A DNA stretch of 60,932 nucleotides, counting the filler, from Hausera hauseri (taxonomy: Eukaryota), in NCBI GenBank assembly GCA_046269625.1. It is 12 parts of 12 records of this genome, joined end to end, with 100 filler letters (N's around TTAATTAATTAA, not from the genome) between each part and the next. Parts side by side here need not be neighbours in the genome. Positions count along the whole stretch, not along the records: positions 25,650 to 30,594 come from JBJURY010384369.1; positions 30,695 to 35,414 come from JBJURY010462467.1; positions 35,515 to 40,895 come from JBJURY010266620.1; 9 more parts are not named here. The stretch is one strand, 5' to 3'. Positions 26,546 through 38,819 of the stretch are shown here, in pieces. How positions within the stretch are numbered: the stretch's first letter is position 1; each line of letters begins with the position of its first letter. A program made the position numbers and the translations under genes. The notes under the pieces are model-generated. The model had not been told where the DNA came from, ran no database searches, and was given only the letters and a program-made list of their open reading frames with translations.

Positions 26546-26861
26546 GTGGAAAGGGCAGTAGGTAAGTGGCATGTTATCATCACTAGGTGGAAAGAGCAGT
26601 AGGTAAGTGGCATGTTATCACCAGGTGGAAAGAAGAGTAGGTAAGTGGCATGTTATCACAAGGTGGAAAGGGCAGTAGGTAAGTGGCATGTTATTACAAG
26701 GTGGAAAGGGCAGTAGGTAAGTGGCATGTTATCACCATATGGAAAGGGCAGTAGGTAAGGGGCATGTTATTACAAGGTGGAAAGAGCAGTAGGTAAGTGG
26801 CATGTTATCACCAGGTGGAAAGAGCAGTAGGTAAGTGGCATGTTATCATCAGGTGAAAAGG
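26542..26861 (+). repeat. 38-bp minisatellite, about 8 copies (CCAGGTGGAAAGGGCAGTAGGTAAGTGGCATGTTATCA)
   Basis: Head-to-tail units visible directly, with no spacers. Confidence 0.95.
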
Positions 26862-28165
26862 TGTGATACAATTATTATTGGTTAGACTTATCCTGGTACT
26901 CCATTATTGGTCCGGCTCATGATACGTGGTTATTGAATGCACACGTGTTAGTCAAATGACGGTGGTGAAGCCACATGTTCCCAAAGTTCGCTAATAAACC
27001 GCCCCGCAGCATACAGTAGGCTTAAACCGTTTAATAAACCCCAAAAGCATGAACATCAATATCAAATACCTCAAGACAAACTATCGTGCAACCAACATTG
27101 TCAGCACGAATGCATACAGTGCAGAAGGCTGTTCAACAATTAAACTATTTTATAAACTGTAAAAGCATAACAGAATTAATATGGAAAGTATGGCACACTT
27201 ATAGCTGTGCTTCCGTTGACTGCAACATCGTCAACATTAAACTTCAATAAACATATATAACTGCACAGATAATGGCTCACTAGTACAATTCACAATGATA
27301 AACGTGTCTCCGGAACACAGGTCAGAGACTAAAACAGAGACGCTGACAGCAATGGCGAACCGTCGGGGTTTAGACCGGAATGCTCTGATATGCCATTGCC
27401 GTCCACTACATACAAGTTCACAATTACAGACAAATAGGCCTCAACATTTAAACATAGAAGACAGCTAACTACTCAGTTCATTTTACAACTTTCTTCTGTG
27501 CGCACTGAAAATCCTTCTTCAGAATATTGTCCATTTAATTTATATCTCTAGTGTTCCACACACTTCCGCTAGGAAGCCTATGTCCAAGTTCAATACAATG
27601 CGCATAAAACTCTCTTCTCAATTCACATGGACTGGCCATATATTTCCTTAGTGCTAACAATACAAACAACTTAGCCATACTCACAGTTGTATGAATTCCC
27701 AACTTCACGAAAATCACTATCCTTATCACAGGCCTGGGTTTTCTTCAGTGCGATGATACCACATACACTAGTGGCTCATTTGGGACTTTAACGATGCTCG
27801 ATAAACTGACATTGGTTGTAGTCACGAATCTCTGCAACACGTACCTTGAAATCCGCCACTGGGACAAAGGTAATTCCTTGGCGAACTGAAGCAATTCCAG
27901 CTTCTGCTATCAATACTGAAGATTAATGGCTCTCCATAGCCATGCAGCTGCTTCTAATGAAGATTTCTTGTAGATTACACGACTGACTGTTGCTCACAGC
28001 CACGCCGATATAAAGACGAAACTTCGTTGTAGATACACTGACAAACATGAGCTAAACCTCAGCTCCACAGCATCAGAGCATATCTGCTCTCACTGAAGTC
28101 CTTCAAAAGAATGTCCCCCTTTCTATGTTTCCATTCGTTTTTGTTATCTCCGTCTCCCGCCTACA

Positions 28166-28347
28166 TAATTAACGTTGCTTTTGTCTTGCCGCCTTCCGTC
28201 TCCTTCTTTTTAAGTGTCCGCTCCCTTTACCGTTTTGTGCGGCTGTGTTCGCTGCGTAATTGACGTTGTCTTTGACTTGCCGCCTTCCGATTCCTCCCTT
28301 TTAAGTGCACTCCCTTTTCCGTTTTGTGCGTCTGTGTTCGCTGGCGG
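28166..28347. repeat. Two ~91-bp diverged direct repeats
   Basis: TAATT.ACGTTG..TTTG.CTTGCCGCCTTCCG...CCGTTTTGTGCG.CTGTGTTCGCTG starts at 28166 and 28257. Confidence 0.8.
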
Positions 28348-28589
28348 TGTTTTTGTAGTTTGGAGTCCCGTTTCCTACGACAACACGCCCCTCACCCATT
28401 TGAAAGATGTTTTTTTTCTACTCCTTGTAGACAAAACTTCTTTCTCTGTTCCTCTTCGTCTGGTTCTTCGTTGTCTCGTTTTGTTGCTCTTCGTGTGTTT
28501 CGCCTCTCCATGGTATTTTTAATTTCCTGTCAGCTAATTATAGTTCTTTGAAAAGGTGGTTGCTCATTCTTGGAAATGGAAAATCTGTT

Positions 28590-29440
28590 CTCTTTCCTTG
28601 CCACTCGTGTGTTGTCTCTCAATATCTGCTGTAATTCTGATGGTTTAACTGTGTTGACGTTTAGTCTTCTTAGCGGTATTAGGCTGACTATAATTTCAAT
28701 CTTGCTAGTGAGTATTTCAGCACGACGGACTAACTCTTTACAGCGTTCTTCGGTGGGTACTATCATTCCTAATACGTTGATCTGTGTTTTTAAGTCTTGT
28801 CACGTTCTCAATATTCTATTCCATTTCTTGCATTCCAGTTTCAATTCGTTTTAAGTGGTCTGCATATTCATTTATCATCCTACAGTTTTCTCCTATCTCT
28901 TTGTTAGATATATCGATCGCAGAGATGCTATTTTGTAATGCATGTTTCATCACTTCAGTGTTTCCATTCACTATGTGAAGGCTTTGCTTGATGTTCTGTA
29001 TTTCGTCATCTTTAGCTGTTCCAAATAATATATCTAGCAGATCCCCTATGAATGGTAGGATTGCTCTTTTCTGTCTCCCTTGAATTATCCAATTAAATCG
29101 TGTTTTCATCTCTTAAACTTAGTCTTGTGACATTCGAATTTCTCTTTCGGACTCGAGAAGAATTGTTTGGAAATGTGTTATATCGCCTGTCTTTTGGTTT
29201 CTTCGTCGTGTATCTACGCGCTTGTGTAATAGTAAACTGGCTTTCTTTAGATGTGTTTTAACATCAATTACTTGGGTTTGGAAAACTGCTAGTGAGTGTA
29301 TGATCACAAGTTTCCATTGTGCTCGTACTGCGTGTACCTCTTTGACTTTCGTGAATATCATTCCCTGTGACTGGGAGATATCTTTCTTGGTCTGCGTCGA
29401 CTTGACTGTGACCAAAGACAAGAATGCTGCAATCATCTGA
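28590..29440 (-). pseudogene. env: F-type (baculovirus F / errantivirus env-like) class I fusion protein, N-terminal half
   Basis: Signal-like MIAAFLSLVTV, GMIFTKVKEV..WKLVI, furin site RQKR (29065-29076), fusion peptide AILPFIGDLLDILFGTA, heptad repeats and VKPSELQQIL. Confidence 0.82.
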
Positions 29441-29545
29441 CATAATCACATCGTGAGTTTCTGTGGAAGATGGAAATGTCTTCCATTAGCCTTATGCGAA
29501 AGCTAGTCACATTTGAGTCTTAACTCTTCTCTTATCTGTCATGGC

Positions 29546-30594
29546 TTATGCCAAATCGAGTATGAATTGTGACATGGCATTGAGAAGCTGCTCATTCTTC
29601 CAATTCTCTTCATTTCTATTTCTGTTTTCTCCTTTTCGACTTTCTGTTTGAGTTTCCACGGTTTCTATTGTTTCTCGAATTTTACTACTAGTTTGATTCT
29701 CATGAGGTTGTCTTGGGCTTATCTGATTCGCTTCAGCTGTTGGGTTTTGTCTACTGATTATATATGTCAACTGTCTTCTCCGCTTTGTAATAGTTTCCAT
29801 TTTCTCTTCGTTTGTTTCTTCAAGTTTCGCCGTTTTGTTTTGCATATCTCTAATTATGTTTTCTGTTTCAAATACCCTGTATTGGAGTTCTCTTGCCCGT
29901 TTATCCGATTCTCATTTGGCCTCTGTCAGTTTCTCGATCATGTCTCGAACTTCTTTCATTTCTTTATCTTTTTGGTTAATTACCGAATTTATTTCTGCTA
30001 TCCTGGCTTCTACCTGTCTTTTTGTTATGTCTGGTGTTTTTCAGACTCCCTGTGATTGACTTGCAATCTTTTGTTGTTTGTTTTTCATGGCCGAGCTGAT
30101 GGGAATGTGTGATATGTTTCTATCAGTATTTCCAGTTCTTCTAGTATATTTCATGTGTAGAGCTGCTTGTCTGGTTATTTTATTTCGTGGTTCATCTTTG
30201 GTAGAAGTTCCTGCATGTCTTGTTCGTTTGGTGCATCTTACTGGACGTTCCATTTCAGATGTTGCGGTTTCCGAATCTTCCTTAGTGACTGTATCGGAAG
30301 AGTCTTCTTCAGATGTACTTTCATAGTCAGGCAGAGAAGGATCAATTATGGGATGAGCAACTATATCAGGCTCATGCTTCCTGTCTGGGGAGACAACTTT
30401 CACTGTGTGATGTGAGAGTTGCGAATCGTTCCTATTGAACGGTTCAGAAGAAGATGACGAAAGTGCAGGTGACGAGTGGGAGGACATTGCATAATTTGAA
30501 GAAAGGGAATTCTCGGTTGTACCATGGGACATTACTGAATGCATGGAATGCGGGTCGGATTGTTGCGAGGACAGAGACCAAAATTCAGTTGGAC
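29546..30594 (-). pseudogene. Low-complexity/coiled-coil ORF upstream of the F-type env
   Basis: ORFs 30041..30544 and 29546..29845 share a frame with isolated stops; S/T/E-rich, then coiled-coil. Confidence 0.45.
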
Positions 30595-30694
30595 NNNNNN
30601 NNNNNNNNNNNNNNNNNNNNNNNNNNNNNNNNNNNNNNTTAATTAATTAANNNNNNNNNNNNNNNNNNNNNNNNNNNNNNNNNNNNNNNNNNNN

Positions 30695-33605
30695 TATTAT
30701 TGAAGAAATATTGAGTTATAGAGTGGGAATTGAGGGAAATACTGGCATTGATTCAACATATTATAATGTGAAAATAAGTGGGGAGAAGATTGTCGATGAC
30801 GCACGTTCAGAGCGGCAATATTTAGTGAAATGGAGGGGGTGGAGTCACATTCATGCTTCGTGGGAATCTGAATCCAGTTTATCTCTTTATCAATATCTCG
30901 ATGGAATGAAGAAATTTTACAAATACAAGGAAGTTCAAAAGGTTAGAGAAAATTGGAAAAAGAATTATGCGTCACCAGAGGATCTCGATGCAGCACAGTT
31001 TGAAGAAGAGCGAAACGAAGTTTTATTACAGCAGAAAATGGAATGTGAAAGGATAATCGATGTCCAACGAAACAAGAATTCAGATTCACTGGATTATCTG
31101 ATCAAATGGAAAACCATTGATTATCGGTATTCAACATGGGAATCTGGGGATGACATTGTCAAACCTCTTTTTCCCGATGCCATTAAGATGTTTGAGGAAC
31201 GCAGTCGGTCTGGATTGATTCCGAATAGAAAATCTGAAGTTTGGTCCAAACGACCAAAATTCACACCGATGCGTGAACAGCCCACTTTCCTTAGTCACAA
31301 TTCCGATTTGATTCTGAGGGATTACCAGTTGGATGGAATGAATTGGTTGGCACGAGCGTGGACGAGAGGAAACAGTGTCATTTTAGCTGATGAAATGGGG
31401 CTCGGGAAAACTATTCAAACGATAAGTTTTCTCGTTTATTTATTCAATTAACATCATATGTACGGTCCATCCTTATTGGTCATTCCATTTAGTATTATTG
31501 GAAATTGGCAGACGGAATTTTCATTATGGGCTCCATACATGAATGTAATTGTATATACAGGTGACACTGTATCTCGTCAAGTAATTAGGGAATGCGAGTG
31601 GTATTTTCCGAAGAAAAAAATGCTCAAATTTCATGTTTGTATCACAACATACGAGCTGCTATTGAAAGATAAGGCATGGTTGAATAAGACTAATTGGGCG
31701 TTCTTAGGGGTTAATGAGGCACATCGATTAAAAAATGACGGAAGTCAGTTATATCAGGCGCTGTTTACTTTCGATACAAACACTCGACTATTAATTACAG
31801 GTACTCCAGTTCATAATTCACTAAAAGAGTTATGGGCTTTGTTATATTTTATTATGCCCGATAAGTTTGATATCTGGGAGGACTTCGAAGACAGATACAA
31901 TTTGACCAATGAAAACTGTTCTGTTGGGGAAATAAATCACGAACTATACAAAGTTCCAGAACCGTTTCTATTGCGAAGAACAAAGAAGGACGTCGAGAAA
32001 TCGTTACCATCTAAAAGTGAACAGATTATAAGAGTGCCAATGTGCCGAAAACAAGCGGACTTATATAAATTAATCTTGACCAAAAATTTTGAAGCTTTTT
32101 CGCGTGAAACGAGAGGTCATACGTCAACATTTCTTAATGTTGTTGTCGAATTAAAAAGTGTTGTAATCATGTTCAATTGGTAAATCCATTGGATGAAGAA
32201 ACAGAACAGAAAATGGATCTTGAAAGTAGGTTAAGGTATTTTATAAAATCCAGTGGTAAAATAATGCTGTTGGATAAACTGCTTTTTGAGCTAAAGGATA
32301 AAGGCCATCGTGTACTTATATTCAGTCAGATGGTCAGAATACTGGATATTATTTCAGATTACTTATTGCTACGTGGTTGGGGGTTTCAGAGACTTGATGG
32401 GTCGATTAAAGGTAGTCTTAGGAAACAAGCTATTGATCATTTCAATGCTGAAGGTTCGACTGACTTTTGCTTTTTACTTTCAACTAGAGCCGGTGGTTTG
32501 GGTATTAATCTAGCAACAGCTGATATAGTTATAATTTTTGATTCTGATTGGAATCCACTGAATGATGTGCAAGCCATGGCTAGAGCTCATCGCATAGGAC
32601 AGACTAAACAGGTTTCGGTGTATAGAATTATAATAAAAAATTCAGTTGAAGAAAAGATTATTGAATGCGCAAAGAGGAAAATGGTCCTAGATCATTTAGT
32701 TATTCAAAGAATGGATAGTGCTTTGCACAGAAAGACTGATGCAAACAAAAATCAGCCATTCAATAAAGACGAATTAAACGAAATTTTAAAGTTTGGTGCC
32801 GCAGATTTATTTAATCAGGATGAATCTATGGACGAAGAGCAAGAATTAAATATTCAGGATATTCTTCAACGGGCTGAAACGAGAGATAACGACGAAGTAG
32901 CTAATAATCCAGCCAATGAGTTACTTTCAGCATTTAAAGTGGTTAATATAACCGAAAATGTTGAAGATGAAGATATTGTCTACATTGGTCATAAAGGAAA
33001 ATCAAAATTATGGAGTGAAATAGTTCCTCAAGAATTTCGGGAGGAAATCAAGGATGAAAAACATCAAATACATTGTTATAACTTGAGTTGGGTCCAAGGC
33101 AACGAAAAAAGGTAAAAGCATATCAAGTAGGTCAACCAGATTCTAGTAGTGATGAAAGTTCCGAGAGTAGTATTAAAGAAGTTACAAAAATGACTCAAAA
33201 AGAGACTAGGCCAATTATAAGAGTTATGAAAAAATTTCCTCGGCCTTTGGAAAGGATCCAGGCAATCATGGTAGAAGCTGAAATTCTTGAAAGGAGCGAA
33301 AGAGAAATCTATGAAACTATGAAGCATATAATTGATGGATGTCAACAAGTAATAAACGATTGTGATTCTGAGGAAAAGAAAAATAAGGTTACATTTAATA
33401 TTGGACGGATAAGTATTTCTGCTAAATCATTTCTACAGTGTATAGAATATTTAGATATTTTGCATACAGTTGTGCCATTAAGCAAAGAAGAGTGTCTAGC
33501 ATACAGGTTACCATTTGAATCCAAACTGGCTAATTGGTCCTGCATATGGGAAACAGAAGACGATGCAAAGTTACTAGTCGGTGTTTATGAACGTGGTATG
33601 GAACA
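30695..33605 (+). pseudogene. CHD1: CHD1/2-type chromatin remodeller, intron-free, disrupted and 3'-truncated
   Basis: Tandem chromodomains ([27 protein letters not shown]), [15 protein letters not shown] changed to [46 protein letters not shown] at 31449 and frameshifts near 32155 and 33070. Confidence 0.92.
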
Positions 33606-33828
33606 GATTAGGAGGCCCTTCAATCTCGAAACTGTTTTCCAACAGCTGCTAACATACTTGAGTCAGTTACTCCAGTCCTAAGCCAGTGGCCAGAAGAATA
33701 ATGCTGAAGCCTTTTTGTGGACGATTAGCTGCGTTGTTAAATATATGAATAGCGAATCGGCTGATAATGCTGCCATTCTGGAGGATTCGCTCACGAACAT
33801 CAAGACTGGCGACAATCTGATCGGTAAG

Positions 33829-34000
33829 AACCTTATTGCATTGTTTCGTAAACGAAAGGATGATTTTGTTCTGATCGGTTACTTAATGAGATCCGTGACG
33901 TTATTGCAATATGAAGCCAATGTTGCTCATTTTGAATTGATTGCATAACACCAGGCACCCCATTGGACAACAGCCGTTGAAATTATCGATGATGACATTT
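33829..34000 (+). pseudogene. DDB1: DDB1 C-terminal propeller fragment
   Basis: NLIALFRKRKDDFVLIGYLMRSVTLLQY....FELIA*HQAPHWTTAVEIIDDD matches the DDB1 segment recalled as KGDFILVGDLMRSV...NWMSAVEILDDD. Confidence 0.75.
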
Positions 34001-34040
34001 AGATATTGTGCGGTTCGAGGGGAAACTCGGGCACCCTACA

Positions 34041-34985
34041 TTTTCGTGCCCGCCATGCCGGGGCCGAGGTTCCGACCGCCAATCCTGCGCCGGTCGGTCG
34101 GACGGCACCTTCGGCGTTGGCCCCACATCACGCCCTCAGGCGCACCACTGCTGCTATTTCCATTTTCTTTTTTATAACAATATACACATCTACACCTTCA
34201 ATACAACACATTCACACATTTCCACCTTACAGACCTGCCTTTCTTACTTAATTCTCCCGACTTTTACCTTACACAAAACGGCGCTATCATACACCTCAAC
34301 GAAACTTTACCTTTTTCAAATCACACTTGCCTCCACATACATCTTCGTATCCGTGGTGGCATGAACTCCCCAGCAACTATTGACACCACGGATACAACCA
34401 ACACAAAAAAGCCAATGCCCATTCTTTACTACTCCAAACCAAACCATCCACCTACTTCAATCGATGCAAATCCTAACAAAAATCCTACCAATACTTTACA
34501 CTGCACTGAATTCTTCACAGATAATGAAAAGTCCAGTAAAACGTGGCTCCACTTCCATCAAATCTGGTTACAGTCCAACGGTATCACAGACACCTTATCC
34601 AAAGCCCATAGTTTATTTTATCTCCTCCAAAACTCCATAAAAGCCTCAATCCATAACTTACTAGACATCTTTCAACACTCTGACCCTTATACCCAATTAT
34701 TCGACGCGGTATTAAAACAGACAGAACCTTCAATTGACTCCATAATGCAAAGTTTCTTTAATGAAAATGCAATGGGAACACAAAAACCCAGTGACTTCCT
34801 ACGCACCTCGTTGGCACACTTGCATACTCTTGGTGTAACTAAGGAGCACAACTCAGATCTACGCCACTATTTTCTTAATGCGCTACCTATCCAAATACGG
34901 ACCCTGCTTACCGTGGTGGGAGACTGCACATTGCTTAAAAAATTGGCCGAATTGACCGATAGGACACAGGATGTTCTATCTCCAA
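34041..34985 (+). mobile_element. gag: Ty3/Gypsy element 5' internal region with short gag (34361-34985), truncated
   Basis: TWL..HQIWLQSNGIT..., MGTQKPSDFLR, FLNALPIQIR..L; paralog of 36712-37873. Confidence 0.8.
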
Positions 34986-35514
34986 GACAAATTTTGCATT
35001 TGATCTATCCGGCATTTTTATTACGATTTAATTGAAATGTACGAAATTCAACATGATATCCACCATACTTTAGATTAAATTGCGAATTGGAAAGTAATTC
35101 TTTGTAACGTAATGTTGTTGAGATATGTTTTACATCAGATCGATAATTGGTGATGAGCATTAAGATATTGTGGTAATGAAATCGTGATAATGACACATGT
35201 CAATCTCTTTCCGTAAAAATCCAGAAATTTCACGGAACTTAATTTGGCTTCCGTATTTTTTTGCAGGACTATGCAAAACCGATGAATTCAGTGGGTTTTT
35301 TTATGTGCTGTACTTGCTTTAGTTCGGCTTGTATTGTCATTCGTTACTTCCAAGTTCAATCCAATCTATTCCACGACAATTATGAAAAAAAAGGTCAAAA
35401 TTAAAAGATAGAATNNNNNNNNNNNNNNNNNNNNNNNNNNNNNNNNNNNNNNNNNNNNTTAATTAATTAANNNNNNNNNNNNNNNNNNNNNNNNNNNNNN
35501 NNNNNNNNNNNNNN

Positions 35515-37873
35515 TGGTCTAAAGGTACCGTCCTTTTTTGTACGACGTGTAACGGTGAAGACCAAGGAGATTTGGAACGGCGTACTATGCCGGAACGTTC
35601 GAGCTCAAGAAATTCGGCTTCTACGGCCTGTCTACAACGAGGTGACAGAAGCCGTACATTTTGGCGTATCGGACTTTGGTGCTGTGTGACTGTGGTGAAA
35701 GTGCTGTTTGCTGGAGTAAAGGTACGGTCTTTTTTAAGTAGGCGTGGACATGATATGTTGACGAAATGTTGTAAAGTAGTAGGTAACTGAGAGATTCGGT
35801 GAATGTGGTGAAACGGCTTGAGTAGTAGCAGATGCAATGTGTGAGTTGTTAGGTGATGTTCAGTCAAGTGGTATCTGGTGTAAGATGGTTGAATTGAAAA
35901 TGGTGTTGGATGAAGTGACTTAGCCGAATGAACCAACGTTGGTGGCAATACCACAAATATCGACATCGAACCTCAATCGAATATCCGTATTATAATTAAA
36001 AAATTTACGAATTGAGTTATTATTATGGAAAATCAAATTATTCATTGATTCTTTTAAGATTGACCTCGGCGTTCCGGTCGACTGCGCGGTAGTCGAAATG
36101 ATATTGGTGTGCCCAGAAATGTCGCCAACGGTGCAGTTCCTCAAACATCGTTGACTGCAGTCAACCAGCAAATTATAGTGTGATAGAAAGTCGGATCTTA
36201 CAATTGCCGTCTGGACGTTAGCGACTGTGAACGTCCAGTGGAAAGATAAGGAGAAATTTGGTAAAGTGAAAGGTAATTTAGTCATGCCAGAAATGTGCAG
36301 CGGTTGGCCTGAAGCGGTGTATAAGGGCTTAATTTGCGGTAATAAAGAAATTGCTGCACCTGTATCGATGAGGTAGTCAACAGATTGCATTGTAGGAGCA
36401 GCGATTGCAGCCTTTAGAGTAAAGACAGCAAAAGAGACGTGTTGGGGTTCAGAAAGTGAAGTAATGCCTTTTCCAGAGTTTGCCGTGACCTCTGGCGGCG
36501 AACTTAGTTTTTCTAAAAGGGTGAATTAGGACGACTATTAGAAGGAAAGGTAGTACGTACGTCATTAGTATTTGATTTGAAAGTGCAGCCTGGAATGCAT
36601 CTACGAGCCTGATTTTTGAACCTTGAATGGTAGATGCAAACGACGGTGTCCTAGGAAAAATTCGTTAAAAAATTTGTACCCTAGTGAGCACTTCTGAGTA
36701 TTAATTTTAAATCAGCTGTGGTAATAGCAGATCGACGAACGCGCAGGCGATGGTAAGCGGTTTCTAGATGTAGAACGAACGCGGTCAGCGACAAAACCCC
36801 TTAGGCGGGACAGAGTCAATTCTTTTAATTTATTATTGATATTGTTGATTGTTGCGTAGAGTGCAATATTTTCAGAACGTTGCTGATTAAGCTGTTGTTC
36901 TATGGATGTATTATCCTTAGCGGCAACTGCTGCTAGAACAACTGATGGAGAATTTACGTGTAGGACATCGTGTGTCCTATCGGCTAATTCGGATAATTTC
37001 TCAAGAGGTGTGGAGTCTCCCACCACAGTAAGTAGGGCCCGGATTTGTATAGGTAACGCATTAAGGAAATAGTTGCGCAGTAGATCTGGGTTATGTTCCT
37101 TAGTGACGCCGAGGATATGTAAATGTGCTAAGGAAGTACGTAAGAATTCTGATGGCCGTTGGGTGCCTATAACGTTGTCGTGGAAGAAACGTTGTATGAT
37201 CGTGTCCATGGAAGGTTCTGTGATCTTAAGGACTGCGTTGGAAAGTTGAGAATATGGGTCAGGGAATTCAAAGATTTCGATGATGTTGTGAATTCGGGTT
37301 TTGATATTATTAGGGAGAAAAAAGAGATTATGTGCTTTTGTTAAAGAGTCAGTGATGTTATTTGCCTGTAGCCATAGCTGATAGAATTGCAATCAAGTTT
37401 TGCTGGAGCCTTGGTTGTCAATGAAAAGCTTGGTGCAGTTAGGGAAAGGCGCGGAAGAGGTAATGGATGTGAGGTTGCTAGCAGAGTTAAGAGTGGGTTT
37501 TTGAACAAATATAACAGGTGTTGGTTTTGTGGTAGTTTTATCCGTAGTGTCTATGGTTGGCGAAGAGTTCATGCCACCACGGATACGGGGATGTATGTGG
37601 AGGCAAGTGTGGCTTGAGATATTATAGCGCCGTTATGGGTGAGGTAAAATTCTGAAGATTTAAGTATGAAAGAAATGAAGGTACGAAGAGTTGCAATATG
37701 TAAATGTGGTGTTGTGATTGTGTGAATGTAAGTATTATTAAGAAAAAGGAAAATACAGTGGAAAGAAGTGGTGCGTCTGGGGGCGTGGTGTGGGCTGAAG
37801 CGAAAGGCGCCTTCCGACCGACCGGCGAAGGGTTGACAATCGGGACCCCCGTCCCGGCCCGGCGGGCCGAAAA
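35515..37873 (-). mobile_element. Ty3/Gypsy element: gag, zinc-knuckle remnants, protease, RT start
   Basis: gag ORF 36712..37392 ending SICYYH; DYLIDTGAAISLLP (protease); IVRRSKSPWSSPLHVVQK (RT N-terminus). Confidence 0.88.
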
Positions 37874-37879
37874 TTACAG

Positions 37880-38175
37880 GATGACCGAATTGCGCCTCAA
37901 GAGTGCGGCCATGTCTTCAGCGTCTTTAAATCGACCGGACTCAGTCGCGTATTTGGTGCAGAGCCAATTAATGTATCGATCCACTGTGTCCAATGGTTGG
38001 GCCGGGTCCAAATGCTTACCGGCCAAATGCCGATTCCCGGCATTGTGATAAAGACGAGCTTTCAGTGCATAGAAGTCAACGAGCTCTAAGGCATCCAAAA
38101 CTCGATCCATATGACTATAGTCTTGTGCCAGCAGATAATTAACAAATACTTCGGTCGTCGACCGTTCGATTTCAC
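37880..38175 (-). pseudogene. NAA15: NatA auxiliary subunit (NAA15/NAA16) internal fragment
   Basis: NYLLAQDY, KARLYHNAGN...AQPLDTVDRYINWLCTKY versus the NAA15 motif KAKIYKHAGN...AQALDTADRFINSKCAKY. Confidence 0.78.
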
Positions 38176-38329
38176 CTATTTCTTTGATTTCGACTTTTTT
38201 ACGTCTTTTTTCTTGTCAAATTTAAAAAAATCTGAAATCGAGAACAGCGTTTCGTGAACAATTTGAAAAACTTCATAAACTGCAACAGTTTTTTGGCCGA
38301 TGAATCAATACAATTTGTATTTATTGAAT

Positions 38330-38700
38330 CTAAACCAATAAACAGCAACACCAAAATGAGGTTTAACGCCAGTAATTTTCAGCGGTGTCTTTAAGTGCTT
38401 TTCAATTACTTGAACAGCATGGCATCTCATTTCCGTGATTAGTTTGTTGAAATGAGCATGACCAAGACAAAAATTTCCAATTTCCACTCCAAGGGCCTTC
38501 AACATCGACAGCCAACTAAAAAAGTCCGTTGTGCTACATCGTTTTTTAACAGAAGTCAACGCAACAGCCAATATGTTTTCAGCAGCCGAATATTGGATTT
38601 TCAAATTTGAGCTTGTAAATGAGTCTTCAACGTATCCTTCATCTTATACCAATCCCTTGATCGACCATTCTCTAAATTAATAGCCTTTTCGCCGACATAG
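38330..38700 (-). pseudogene. Possible hAT-like transposase fragment
   Basis: LGVEIGNFCLGH...LKTPLKITGVKPHFGVAV resembles the region before the first catalytic Asp of hAT/ZNF862-like transposases. Confidence 0.4.
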
Positions 38701-38819
38701 TTTATTCCTCTGGCTAACTGAGATCGATTATTATTTTTACCTTGTTTTCGACAAACACTACAATATAATTGAAATCCGTTTTAATTCGAACTTTAACAGG
38801 CATACTGCTTGGACCTCCG

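Noticed and set aside
26542-26861. CRISPR-like array (38-bp repeats)
   Set aside because: Units are head-to-tail with no unique spacers, there are no cas genes, and the context is eukaryotic.
28025-28115. LINE endonuclease start (DTLTN...LTEV..KN)
   Set aside because: Too short and degenerate to support.
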